64,000 bases of DNA from Takakia lepidozioides (lineage: Eukaryota > Plantae > Bryophyta): contig CM060732.1 in NCBI GenBank assembly GCA_030704615.1, forward strand, positions 12,214,001-12,278,000. The letters are read 5' to 3'. Position numbers and translations under genes: made by a program. Below the pieces are notes generated by a model. It saw only the letters and a list, made by a program, of their open reading frames with translations. It was not told where the DNA came from and searched no databases. Shown in pieces: positions 49,801 through 61,553 of the stretch; the first letter of the stretch is position 1; each line of letters begins with the position of its first letter.

Positions 49801-52566
49801 AGAACAGTCTCATTTCGACCGTTCTCCACATACCCCTGTGTTGCATGAAGCACTAAAAGATGCAAGAGGGAGAGAGGTAAACATTTGGTTGTAATGACTA
49901 AAGTTGTCATGCACCCTACAATACACCTTTACTACCTGCAAAACCCAACTGCTGCTCCCTTTAAAAAGTTACAACTGACCTGATGCTGCATCTCGTCGTC
50001 AGTCTTGACTTCTGCTTTTGGCATCAGCAATTGCTGCTGTTGCAATGAATGGTCTGTTTGCTGTTGCTCCACTTTTACCGAGGTCAGGGCCTGCTGTTGA
50101 GGGGCCCCTAGACCAACCTGCTGCCCACTAACCCCTACTCCTTGCTGAACAGCCCCATGCGACTGTGGACCATTCCCATGTGATTGACCTGGTGGGGCAA
50201 CAGTCTGTTGATTGCCAGATGCTAGTTGCTGAGAGCTCTGAGGCAGCTGTTCTTGCTGCTGAGATAACTGCGGTTGCTGTTGTTGTGAAAGCTGTGGGGG
50301 AGGGGTGGCTGACCGAGCTTGTTGCTGAAGATGCTGATGCAGCTGATGCTCCTGAAGCGTTCAACAACGGGGCTTTGAGTTGGACTTCATTAGTCACATT
50401 TATTATATATGTCCTCCATCGATTTGATCCACATAAGCTTTGGGAAAATACTCCATACCCTGCCTCCCAACAACTTTCCTGTTTCTAGTCTAGCTAATCA
50501 AGTTTAGAGTGAGTAGTCACCTGTTGCTCCAGACGGGAGAAAAGAGGTGGCCCTCCTTGTTGGCGGGCTATAGAGGTAAGCGTGCTAGAAAAGGACAGCG
50601 GTGAGCCAGGCAGGCCCATAGAACCCAAGCCTGCTGATGCAAGTGAGTCCGAGGCCAGTGCGATGGTACTATCACGCTGGAGATTTGAGGACCCTGAACG
50701 TCCTGAATTTGTGCCTTGGGGGAGAGAGTTGCCCCCCACCGGGTTAGCTCCCACATTTAGGCCTTGATTCATACCTGTCAATCCGACAGTCCACAATTTG
50801 GTCTCTCCAGATCTCTCTCTCTCTCTCTCTCTCTCTTTTCCGCTCAAACTGGGCGCGGGGTCAATGGCCACAAGGCTACAGCAAACAACGTCTTATGAGT
50901 ACATTCTCTCTCTCTCTCTCTCTCTCTCTTCAAAGTCTGAAGGTAAGTCTTACTACCAACGTCAGCCCCTGACAGAGGTAGGTTCTGTTCCTTTTGTTCC
51001 CGCTCAAACTGGGCGCGGGGTCAATGGCCACAAGGCTACAGCAAACAACGTCTTATGAGTACAATCTCTCTCTTCAAACATGGAAAACCACCAATATGAT
51101 ACAAAACCATGGTGAAACCCATTCCACTGCCTCAACTTGAACCCAAACCAAGAGCCAATACCCAGTTAAACAAAAAACAAATTTTCTGGACAGCTCTTTT
51201 ATTATCAGTTACAATCTCGTCCCTTGATACAAGCTTCTTAACAATTTTATAAGTTATAGGAAAACTCTTTTCTGTATTTACTTGAAGTCCACAAGACCAA
51301 CCTCCAGTCAGAAACACCACTGCAGAGTGAGCAAACCACAATCTCATCCAAACTGATTATTTTCAGCATTCAGACCTGAGAAATTCCTTCAACACTAGAT
51401 TATAGTCAGTTCAACCTGCATGTCAAGGTTCATTGTGTGTAGTCTAGGACGCACTGCCTTTGAAGCAGTGAATGCAAGTAAGAGCGGTCCACAAGAAGAT
51501 TCTATCATGGCACAACTCCACATTGTACATTTTATGGTGTGGAAAAGCTCAGGATATCAATTTAGAACTGGTTTGTTATTGGTGTACAAAGGCTCTAGTG
51601 TTAACATGTCATGCATCGCGGGCATTCACTTCTGCGGAGTCGAGATCCCAGCTACAAGACATGGTCTTGACCAATTGCGACACAGTTCAAACACCTGGAG
51701 TTTCCCTTCAGCTCAGAGGAGAGTATGAGCACGACAACACAACACTAACCACATAAAACCTCCAATCTGAAACACTGGTACCGAATCCTTCCGGGGGAAC
51801 CTTTCCTCTCCAAACATCCGCGTATTCCTTTCTTCGTGGAGCCAAAAGCCTAAGAGAAAAGAGTTGAACAGATGCTTGCAGACTTCATCTCTATCGACGA
51901 TTTCCAGTACCGTTACAACTTGAGAGAAGCCAGTCATTCATGGCAACTGCTCCGTCAAAACAGTTCAATTGTGCACCCTAAATGGTGAGAGAAGACCTGA
52001 AATTGGAAAAGCTAAGATTGATTTTGCCACGGTTATATGTCACCAAAACAATCCCTACAAGGTTGTCGAACACCAAATGAAGGATGTTTCTGGTTTAATT
52101 AGCTCTAGAGCACAGACTGCAAAGAATACTCAGTTCTTTCCTTCAATTTCCACCACCGAGTGAGAGAGTTGCAGCTCGAGCACTTCTTCAGTCCTCACTG
52201 GCTAAGATAGGGTTACACAGGAAGGACTGCACCTCATGCTACCGGGAAAAGACACACAGCCTTCAGGTAAAATGCTCGTCTTCCCTCTTCTCTATATCTG
52301 TCCCTCTGAGTCTTCCCCTTTGATCCGCTGTTCCAAGCTGAAGCAGGCCTAGGACAGGGGCAGATTGAGAGGAGCCAAAAGAGGACTGAACCAGTTCACT
52401 GACCTGTGCTTCCCGAATTGGCTCCCGCATTGAGAGGTGAGAGGCTGGAGAAGCTAGCCAGCATGTTGAATCCAGCAAGCTCCGACTTCCCGGAGGTGAG
52501 GGACCCGAGGTTCATAGCTGGGAGACCGTGCCCCCTCCCTTGGCCATCACACGCAAGCCTGGACAT
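43852..52566 (-). CDS. SEU: SEUSS/SEUSS-like transcriptional co-regulator (LIM-binding domain), 13 exons
   Basis: Phase-consistent GT-AG exons: 52566-52404, 50774-50521, 50351-49980, 49721-49451, 48823-48738, 48470-48348, 48135-48087, 47456-47242, 47090-47022, 46516-46416, 46081-45988, 45675-45606, 45014-43852. Motifs include CSRRLMQYMYHQR, FWRKFVAEYFAPRAKKRWC, WHCEICGSKPSRGFE, ESVFEQLRVVRDGQLRI, SWEFCARSHEELLPR and DLGYTKRYVRCLQISEVVNSMKDL, with Q-rich flanks. The start codon is uncertain. Confidence 0.93.
50812..51077. repeat. Intronic ~65-bp direct duplication with (CT)n microsatellites
   Basis: 'cgctcaaactgggcgcggggtcaatggccacaaggctacagcaaacaacgtcttatgagtaca' at ~50840 and ~51001. Confidence 0.85.
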
Positions 52567-53492
52567 TACTCCCCCAGACTGCGCGATGCCACTTTCTTCG
52601 CGCACTGAAACACATGAGTTTGCATTCGCTTGGAACCATTCTGAGTGTAGAGTTGTGCGCAGTATGCTCTCCCAGAGGTGCGAGAAGAAGACAAGAGTTC
52701 CCTTCTCTTTTCCGTTCGTCTTCGCCTAGTTCTCGTCTCCATTTTCTCGTTCGTTGGCAGGTATGTATGTATACGTTTTCTCGAAGACACCAGCGGATCT
52801 TCTGGCCTTCAGTGTATACACCATACATACATGCATCATGCCATATGGCTCTCTAACGACGAGGGCAGCTCACTCACACGTGCGGTAGAAAGCGGGCCGG
52901 GTCCCGGGCGGGCGGGTCCACCAGCCCAGCCCGCATGGAATGACGGGGACCACACAACGCAAAGGTGGCGGTGCATTATTGTCGAATACCTCTCCTTTAT
53001 GTCTCTTTCCTTGGGCCTTTATTGTAGTTTGCCCACTTGTGCAAGTTCCTTTTGGGTCTTACTTTGGGTCGAAATACCAAAGGGGCCGGAGCCACCCTGA
53101 ATGGAAGACCAAGAAGACCAAGAATAGTTCCTGTTCTCATCTTCCTATCGTCCACTGCTTTTTATTTTCAATCATATTTGATACATAATAAAAAAATATA
53201 CATACTTTGAGTAATACTTTGGGATTATTATAGGGAAAAATAATGCTTTAAAGACAGCTGGAGCATCCATTGACATGGATCGTCACTGTACAAAGTAAGC
53301 ATCAGGCAAATATTTATTCTATTATAAACTACAACTCAAACATGGAACTGTCAACTTCGTCTAGAGAATCCTTTCCGATAGTATATTCTATTTCAAGACG
53401 AAAAACACCCGGGAGCGACCATCCACAAGAAAGGAGAAATTTAAACCACACCCGACAAGGTAACAGAATTTAAACCCACAATCATCTCGGTG

Positions 53493-53773
53493 CAGTGTTT
53501 CATTTCTGGCCAAAAACCGCCAGATTTCGACCTTGGAAAATGGGTCAGCTACTTGTTCACAGGAATTATGTGAGGTAAAAATCGAAAAATTCGCCACAAA
53601 GCGCCAGTTGCGGAATATCAGGAGACTGACTTTGCCTATGTGGACCTGTTAGAACGTTCCACCTGTTATATAGCCACTTCTCTAACCCTGCCACCTCGTT
53701 ATTCTTGCCACGTGGGTGCTGGACAAGTGGCCCCTGTGGCGATTTTGGAAAAATGAAAAAAAACAAAAAACTG
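53493..53773. mobile_element. hAT-type MITE (~280 bp)
   Basis: CAGTGTTT...AAAAACTG ends, subterminal inverted similarity, and 8-bp flanks TCTCGGTG/CCTGGGTG (6/8 identical). Confidence 0.6.
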
Positions 53774-54204
53774 CCTGGGTGGCACTCAGTGCAACATATC
53801 CAACTGAGCTATAGCAGTTGTTTTCACTCCAAAGCTAAGTTCACATACATATTTTTCTCTCATTGAGTGTACATGATGGCAGCGATGACATATCATAAGG
53901 CCATTATGACACATATATGCACATATACATACATTAAAAACAAGGATGACGCCTCCCAAAGGAAGGGTGTCAAGTGTCATCTTACATACATACATATCTG
54001 CTTGCCGGCTGGAGAGGGTCAACTTGATAAAGTTACTGTATCGCCGTATGCCGAACAAATACCTCGCTAATTTCTAATAGTCTAAATAATGATTCCAAGG
54101 GAAACCGGGCAACCCTTAGAGTCTCACGACGATATATACGTACACAGGGAAGTGTGCAAGAGTGGGTATTTGTCCGCTTTCCCTTGGACCTCAACGGAAA
54201 ACAT

Positions 54205-56042
54205 CCCCCGTGTGATATAGTGGTTTGACGATCCTGTGCATTGCCAAACTACGGGTCTGGGGTTCAATCCCCTGGATGCCTCAAGGCTCTGAAATGCTAC
54301 CATCAGAACGCTGGCATGGGGCGGGAATAGTAGTGGGACGGATGACCACTGTGAACTTTACTTTACCAAGATACTGCACCTAGGCACCCAAGTGATTCTG
54401 GGCTCAAAGCCTGCTACCTTGTATAATCTTGTCTCCCTTCCGTTGGGTGGTGCCTTGTGGCTCGGCGGCGAGGCTAGTAGTAGCTCAGTTGGATGGTGCA
54501 TTGAGTGCTAACAAGGTGTTCTGGGATAAAATCCTGGTGCTGAGATGTGCATGGTATTATCTTCTCTCACCTTCCATTGGGCCGGTGCTCCATGAGGCCT
54601 GTGCTCATGGTGAGATTACTTTAAAGATTATATTTTCTCCTCTCACTGTAATTAAGGGGCCAGCCCCAGGTGTTTCCCTTCTTGAAAAGAAAAAAATAAA
54701 CTTCTGCAATCCCAAGCTTAAGTGTTTTTTAGAGTTATTATTACGTAAAAGGCAAGTAGACTTTTCTACAGGCTGCTTATGGTCTACTTACAACCACTGG
54801 CTAGCGCAATCCATTAATGCTTTGGAGTTGTTCCCGAAGAAAGTGTAAATTATGGAGTCTGTTACTAGTTACTACCTTCCGTTAGGAAGGTGGACACCTT
54901 TGTGACACCAATCGGTGGATTTGAACCCACAACCACTTCCGAGGTGGTATGTGCCCATTACCACAGGGCTACAACTTGGTTGTCGGTGGGAGAGAAAGTT
55001 AGCAAAGCCTCTTTCCCTTGCGGCCGGTACTTCTCTCTTTGGGGGATGGGCACGATTGCATATTATGTCGATATTGAGGAGAATTATGTGGCATAATTTT
55101 AGGTACCAAAAGCCACTGCTGATTCAGAACAAAATCGGCAAGGGCAGCTGATGCAACATGTTTAAATCGGCTCTTAATGAGAGGGAATGTAAAGGAACTC
55201 CAAGGAACCGGCCACACCCGGTCCTTGCTCAGGTGCACTACTGACTAATACTTGGACCAAAAAAGCTCTTAACCCCCAGAAAGGACAACGGGCATAACAT
55301 GCAAATTGTTCCCATGGAGCACTTTCGTAACAAGGTCCAAGTGTGTTAGAAAACATATGTTAAGTTTACGTTGCCATTATGCATATCGAGCACTATGGGG
55401 TAGTGATTATATCCACGTTTACGGGTAAGCCGAAAGTGGTCGTATTCAATTACTCAAATTGGCGCTTTCGGAGCGGCAGGCTGTTCCCAATGAGACCTGT
55501 CGAGCTCCCAGGAGGGAACCTCGCGTTCCCACGGCAACCACAGATGGGCGGCGCTGCCCAACGGTAAACCCTTTCCAATTTAAACCACAGATATTTTCAT
55601 CGCCAGTTACTAGCTACGACAACGCACCATCCATCGATGACCATGTGGATGGATAACCGTGCAGACGTGGAATGATGTGATGGTGATGTGATTGCATGAT
55701 TGGATGGCATGATGCGGACGGTACTTCAGACAGTGTTGCACCAACCGAGAGCGCACGCACGGTCTGGCGGACGATGTATTTAGACGCACTGTATGTATAT
55801 CTGACTCGTATTTAAGTTGCCGTATGCCGTATTGCCGGGTTGGCATCTCTCACACCTTTGCTTGGTTACTCGTGCCTTATCAAAACACCAATTATCAGCC
55901 TCAGTATCTCTAATTTATGCTCGAGTTGAGTGACGAGTCTATTCTGCGGAATTTAGAGATGACGTGCCATACAACTGCATTAGATGGGATTTGAACCCGG
56001 AATTGCCGGACTGTGTCCTAACAGCATGGCCACCCTCGGACC
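54205..56042. mobile_element. Cluster of tRNA-derived SINE-like heads
   Basis: Box A/B-like motifs on + at 54210-54271 (TGATATAGTGG/GGTTCAATCC) and 54481 (TAGCTCAGTTGG), and on - at 54915-54971 and 55985-56042 (GGTTCAAATCC). Confidence 0.45.
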
Positions 56043-57379
56043 TGTCCTTCACTAAATGGCCCTAGGACCTGTGTGCTGGCTTGATTGGATGCATAGCTAT
56101 CGTCCACCCTGCTGCACAATGTCATCCATGATGTATGCATGTCTCTAATTGACATCCCGCCATGGTCCCAGGTGGCCTGGAAAGCTCAGTCTTCACATAC
56201 ATACATACATACCTGCTGACGGCTGCAGCCAATTTCTCCCGCAGGTTCCTTCTTGCATCGTATTGTATAGCGTAACCGGTTTTTGGCTTAGTCCTGACCA
56301 CGTGTCACTATTCCGTTGGCTGAGAGAAGCCACGTTCAAAACCGATCCACGATATGGATGCTTGCACTTACAGAGCTACTAAAGAGTTTTAATAGTTCTA
56401 CTCTATCATCACGTTGTTGATTGATGGATTCATAGAAGCTACCTTCACAAAAACAGATCTCGTAGCAACGACTAAGTAGTACTTTGAACATTATCAGCAA
56501 CAGTATCAGCTTGCAACATATAAGCCTGCTGTTTTCACATGATCCTTTCAGCTTAAATTTAAAACTGAACAACCACTAGTGGTTTTCAAAATTGCTCATT
56601 GAGCATTATTTCATATTTTTCCACATCATGTGTTACAAATATTGTGGAGAAGGCATTTTCTTCAACCCATTCAAGACTAGAGAAGTGAATCTTCAACCAT
56701 GAGTCCAATATCAATTCTAAAAGGTTCTTGAGCTTGATGACACCATTCAAAACCAAAGAACATTCCTCAAAACTGAACGTGTATCTATGTATATCAATCT
56801 GATCAATAATTTGTATATCCAATATTCTGCAAAATTCATACACTAGAGAGCTAGTAATCCAAGAAGTCTCTGTAGATGCTCTACATCGTACCCCTAGAAG
56901 TTGTAAACAATTTGGGCATAGATTGGAGAGACTTTGAGGTTATTTGAACCACTATTCGCCGTGGCCCACAGTGGAACTCTTTCTGGTACTGTTAAAGCAA
57001 TTCTAAGACCAAATCAAGCATCAATTCTATGAGTATTGTTGCATCCAATGAATGGGGAGCCACATTGTAAGTTGGTGATTGATTCACTAGAATTTCAACA
57101 AGTGAAGGAACATTTTGAGAGGTCGTGAGTTAGAATAGATAAATGACCATTTGAGAGTTTTTGAGTTGGAACAGGTGAATGTCAGTGTGAAACTTCCGAA
57201 GCAATAATTGGCTCAGGTAGATGACCATGTGATACTCCCAGCAAGAGCTGGTAGATGATGACGTCCATGAGAGACTCCTTGAGCAGGAGTTCATAAAGGT
57301 GGACATTCATTTGAGGCTCTTTGAGAAGAAAGAGTAGAAGATCTCCCAAGCATACTCTCGGGGCCAACGTGATTGCTAG

Positions 57380-58530
57380 TAGCAATGAGTTGCACTATTA
57401 CTCATAAAAGATAGATGTCTTTCCCACAATGGCACAATCTCTACAAAGTAAAACCAACGATTTATGCATTACAACTCTATCTTCAAAAATATGTTGTGAA
57501 GAAGGCACCGAATTTTCATTAATCTTGAAGAGGATGCCAATCAGGGAAAGATCCAAAATCAAATTGAGACCAATATTGCATCTCTTCTTGAATCACACTA
57601 AAAAGTGGATGAACACATTGAGACAAAAGACTTGGAAAATTTTGAATAGACGTAACTTCAGAAAGTGTTGATATCGATTCATGGCTACTTTGTGGTTCTT
57701 GGAAAAAAATTCATTATATCCACATATCAAGAAAATGTGTTAAATATTTTTTGTAAAATTTATAATTAAAAATCAATAAAATGAATATTAAATATTCAAG
57801 TCATTAAGAAAGAATGTAGGTTGTAGATTACATGAGAACCTCATGTCCTTGCTCATTGGTTCCCTCCCCAAAATGAAGTTTGAGAAGCTCAGTTTTCACA
57901 ACTCATTATCTACTTCGATAATAAACATAGTTATGTAATGGTAACCATTTGTAGCAGCCAACAACAGAGTAATGTGATTGGTGTTTGGGGTGAGCTAGTA
58001 TCTTCATCTCATCTTCATTAGTGAGAAAAACAACCTACCTCCAGTTCTTATTAGCACAGCCAACTTCTATGTTTAATTTTTCATGACAAGTGGAACATAT
58101 TTGTTTGTTTTCTTGGAGAATGGATGAGTTTCCATCTTGAATTGGGGTTCAATAATGCAAGTACGGATGATTTTGGCTTCTTGTGCAGCACACATAATAT
58201 TATTGAAAGATTTATAGATATTCTATTCTCTCAAAACTTGAAAAGAAAAAAACCTATAAAGTAGGTCGCCCAATTCTAAAAGAGGGATTTCTTCAATCGG
58301 CGGATTAAGACTTATGTTGGCCACAATATTTTCTCCACGCTTGGAACCTATTGCAAGTCCATTGTTTGTTCCTATGCTTAGGTCTTTGAACGTTATTCAA
58401 GACTTGGTGAAACTTGTCTTCACCAAGATCTGAAAATTCACTTGGACTAGCAGGTACGACATCTAAAGATTTATGAGAAGATAGCTCCTCCTTGGATGCA
58501 TCAAATCCCATTCTACATACATAAGAGAGC
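57380..58530 (-). pseudogene. Crypton/DUF3504-like (tyrosine-recombinase-type) remnant
   Basis: NKQWTCNRFQAWRKYC(fs)PIEEIPLLELGDLLYRFF...FKMETHPF...LTNEDEMKIL...FGEGTNEQGHEVL resembles DUF3504/ZMYM-type proteins. Heavily degraded, and no catalytic Tyr was identified. Confidence 0.45.
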
Positions 58531-58935
58531 AATTTTTCCTTGAGAAACCATTTGATTCATCATGTTTGTCTAAAACACCATTTGAACCCTAATGTTCATA
58601 TGGAACATATGCAATTTCTCGAACAATGATGGAATTTTCAGCAGCTACAGTTTCTTGAAATGCACAATATGAGGAAAAATTGTTGGGATGGGCGCAGCTG
58701 CAGTATCAAGAACCCTCGTACTACGAGATCCAATGATTCCTTGAAAGCTCTTACATTAATGGTGTTTGTATCATTACCAGGTCTCAAGGAGAATATATCT
58801 AGTCTTCACAACAGAAGAAGGTTTCTCACTAATAAAAAGAACCGGATCTCCAACAACCAGTATCCTCTTTCCGATCTGATTTTCTTGGTTACTCTTGACA
58901 CATGAAAACTACCATGTTAGTCATGGATCAATTCA

Positions 58936-59343
58936 TTGACAAAACCAAGATCGAGCTCAAAAGATGGCATGCAGCATAGAAGCAGGTCCAGAGCATCAGT
59001 GCACAAGATGGAGTCTGCGGCAACACTTCAAGCTCGCAATGATGTTCCTCCTCCAGGCTATGGACGCGTGTACACAATGGTGACATCTGCATCTGTTCTT
59101 CAGGACAAGACGTACAAAGTCACAGTGGGGAACTTCCCCAACTGTACTTGCCCAGATTTTGTCTCAATGCTCTTTGGCTGTCTTGGAAAGAGAGGTAAAT
59201 ATGTGTCGTGCAAGCATTTGTATTTTATCTTGCTCCGAAGGATGTTCTGTGATCCAATTCGGGACAAGTACATCCACCAATGCACAATCGGGCCGGGCGA
59301 CGTGGTTACACTGTTGCAGCGGGACAGCTCACCCAGTTTATGA
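58936..59343 (+). pseudogene. SWIM-finger C-terminus of a third MULE-family transposase
   Basis: PPPGYGRVYTMVT...YKVTVGNFPNCTCPDF...SCKHLYFI is collinear with 29150-29438. Confidence 0.85.
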
Positions 59344-59349
59344 GATTCT

Positions 59350-60110
59350 TGATTGACATCAATCTTGATTTGCAATCAATCCGATTTCAGACATGACATG
59401 CCCCACCAATGGTAGCACAGATCTGAAGTGTATCCAACCTAGAATACCAGCAATATAAATGTCTGGATGGCTTTATGCCAGTTAATTGCAACACTTTTTG
59501 AATGACATCAATTTTGATTTGCAATCAATCATATTTCAGGTATGACATGCCCCACCAATGTTAGCACAGATTTGAGGTGTATCCAACCCATAATTCCATA
59601 AACTTCTGGATGGCTTCCAGCTAGTTAATTGCAACACTTTCTGGAATGACATCCATCTTGATTTGCAATCAATCCAATTTCAGGCATGACATGCCCTACC
59701 AATGTTAGCACAGATTTGAGATGTATACAACCCAGAATACCTCCATAAACTTCTAGATGGCTTCCTGCTAGTTAATTGCAACACTTTCTTGAATGAGATC
59801 TTTGAAGTTTTGCAATGAATCTTTCTTTCAATCATGAGCTTAACACAGGTTTGAGGTGTATCCAACCAACAATACCTGGATAAAGTTTTGGATGGCTTCA
59901 TACTGGTTAATGGCAACACTTTCTTGAATGAGATCAATGAAGTTTGGCAATCAACCTTACTTCAGTCATGGTCTTCTGTCCCACCATTTGTAGCACAGGT
60001 CTGAGGTGTATTCAAACCACAATACGTGGATAATCCTGTAAATGTCTTCATGCTGGATAATGACAACACTTTTAGAAATGTGATCAATCTTGTTTTGCAA
60101 TCCATCTTTT
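59350..60110. repeat. ~115-125-bp tandem repeat, about 6 units
   Basis: Recurring 'gacatcaatcttgatttgcaatcaatc...agcacagatttgaggtgtatccaacc...ttaattgcaacactttc'. Confidence 0.9.
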
Positions 60111-60519
60111 ATCACTTATACGTTCAATTCTCATGTCTGGGTTCATGCAACATTCATCACTTCTCATTTTTCATTCATCCAGCATTTTTTCATCGCACAG
60201 ATATTCAATAAGACTACGTGTTACCCTAAATATTTTCTTGTCTCTTTCACCCTCACTTTCGTCGGCTGGGTACAAATTAACCTTGAGCAATGCAAGTTTC
60301 TATCTTTCAAGAAAATGCATGAAATAGTTCAGCAGTCATTGTATCGCGCGCTTCTTTGTCCACAGTCCGTCCATCACGTGTTTTTATGTCATGTTTCTAG
60401 CACCAATGACATGGCTCTAGAGTGCGTACTCTTCCTGTCCATGCGTAATTGCTTCCACGGTAATATGACCTCCTCGTCCTGTCCTCGGTTATAGGGCATG
60501 CTTCTCCCGCATCTAAGCC

Positions 60520-60597
60520 ATGCGCTCACACTTAGTGGGCAAAGCGTGAGCCTTGCTCGCAGGCTCACGGGGTTGGGCTCACGACCTAGCATCCCCT
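60520..60597. mobile_element. Right terminus of the third Mutator-like element
   Basis: GCTCAC/GTGAGC repeats ending GCTCACGACCTAGCATCCCCT, matching the termini at 30342 and 36527. Confidence 0.55.
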
Positions 60598-61078
60598 GGC
60601 ATTTTATGTTTGGGTTGGGGGCCGGTTATTTTCCAGTTGCGTTTGTTAGTGATGAGAGCTGTAAGAGAACACATGACTATTAGGTGTATTTATTTGAGGC
60701 ATGTCGTGATGGCTCGGTTGGGCAACTTGAGGGTGTTGTGGAGAGATTTAAGGCTACGTGTGTGGATGCCGCCCCTGACTCTGGCCGTGAGGACCATGAG
60801 GGGGCCAACATGCCATCTGCGGTTTTGCAGGGCAATAATTAGTGGGGTATATATGGCTTGTTATGGATATCTGTCAGGGCAATATGTGAATTTTATGTAA
60901 CAAATGGTGAATGCGCGAGAAGGGGTGCGGGGAGTTGCATTTGATGGGGTATTTCTGTGTCAAGTATAATAATGGGCATAGATGTGACGGACACTGACAT
61001 GGTGAAGTTCAACAGCTACATTGGAGAAGCCAATGGGGGGTGGTATGATATTGTATGATCCGGGGGACGGCCTTGATA

Positions 61079-61293
61079 TGTGATCCCCACGTTTACAAGG
61101 GGGAACCAATAGGTTTCGGAGTGGGCCATTAATAGTTTATGCAGACTACATCGCTGTCCAAAACCACACAACACATGTGCACGCCACACACTAGTATACC
61201 ACTAGTCCACCACTAGTCCAACCACTAGGCTACAACTAGTCAGTCACTAGGCTGCCACTATGCTGCCCATTATGGCAGTCACTAGTCCACACA
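61079..61293 (-). repeat. 3' LTR of the Ty3/gypsy element
   Basis: The minus strand reads polypurine tract AGGGGGGTGAT, then TGTG...CACA (215 bp). Confidence 0.55.
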
Positions 61294-61553
61294 ATCACCC
61301 CCCTAGCTGGTGCTTAGGTCCCTCTAAGTCCAGGTAGCCACAAGATGTGATAGTGACCATAGCCTCACTAAGTCCTCCATCACTGTCCCTACTACACTCA
61401 AACTCGATAGATCAAGAGGCCGGGTGCAAGAGTTGCCCCATCGTTAGTTGCCGTCTTGCAACCTGTGAACTTGAGCCTGGGATCTCGTGTATTGACTCCT
61501 ATGAGCTCGGCCTCCTATGTCTTGTTAGCTGCCTCTAGTCATGTCCACTGCCA

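Noticed and set aside
54205-56042. Functional tRNA genes
   Set aside because: Box A/B-like motifs are present, but I could not fold acceptor or anticodon stems.
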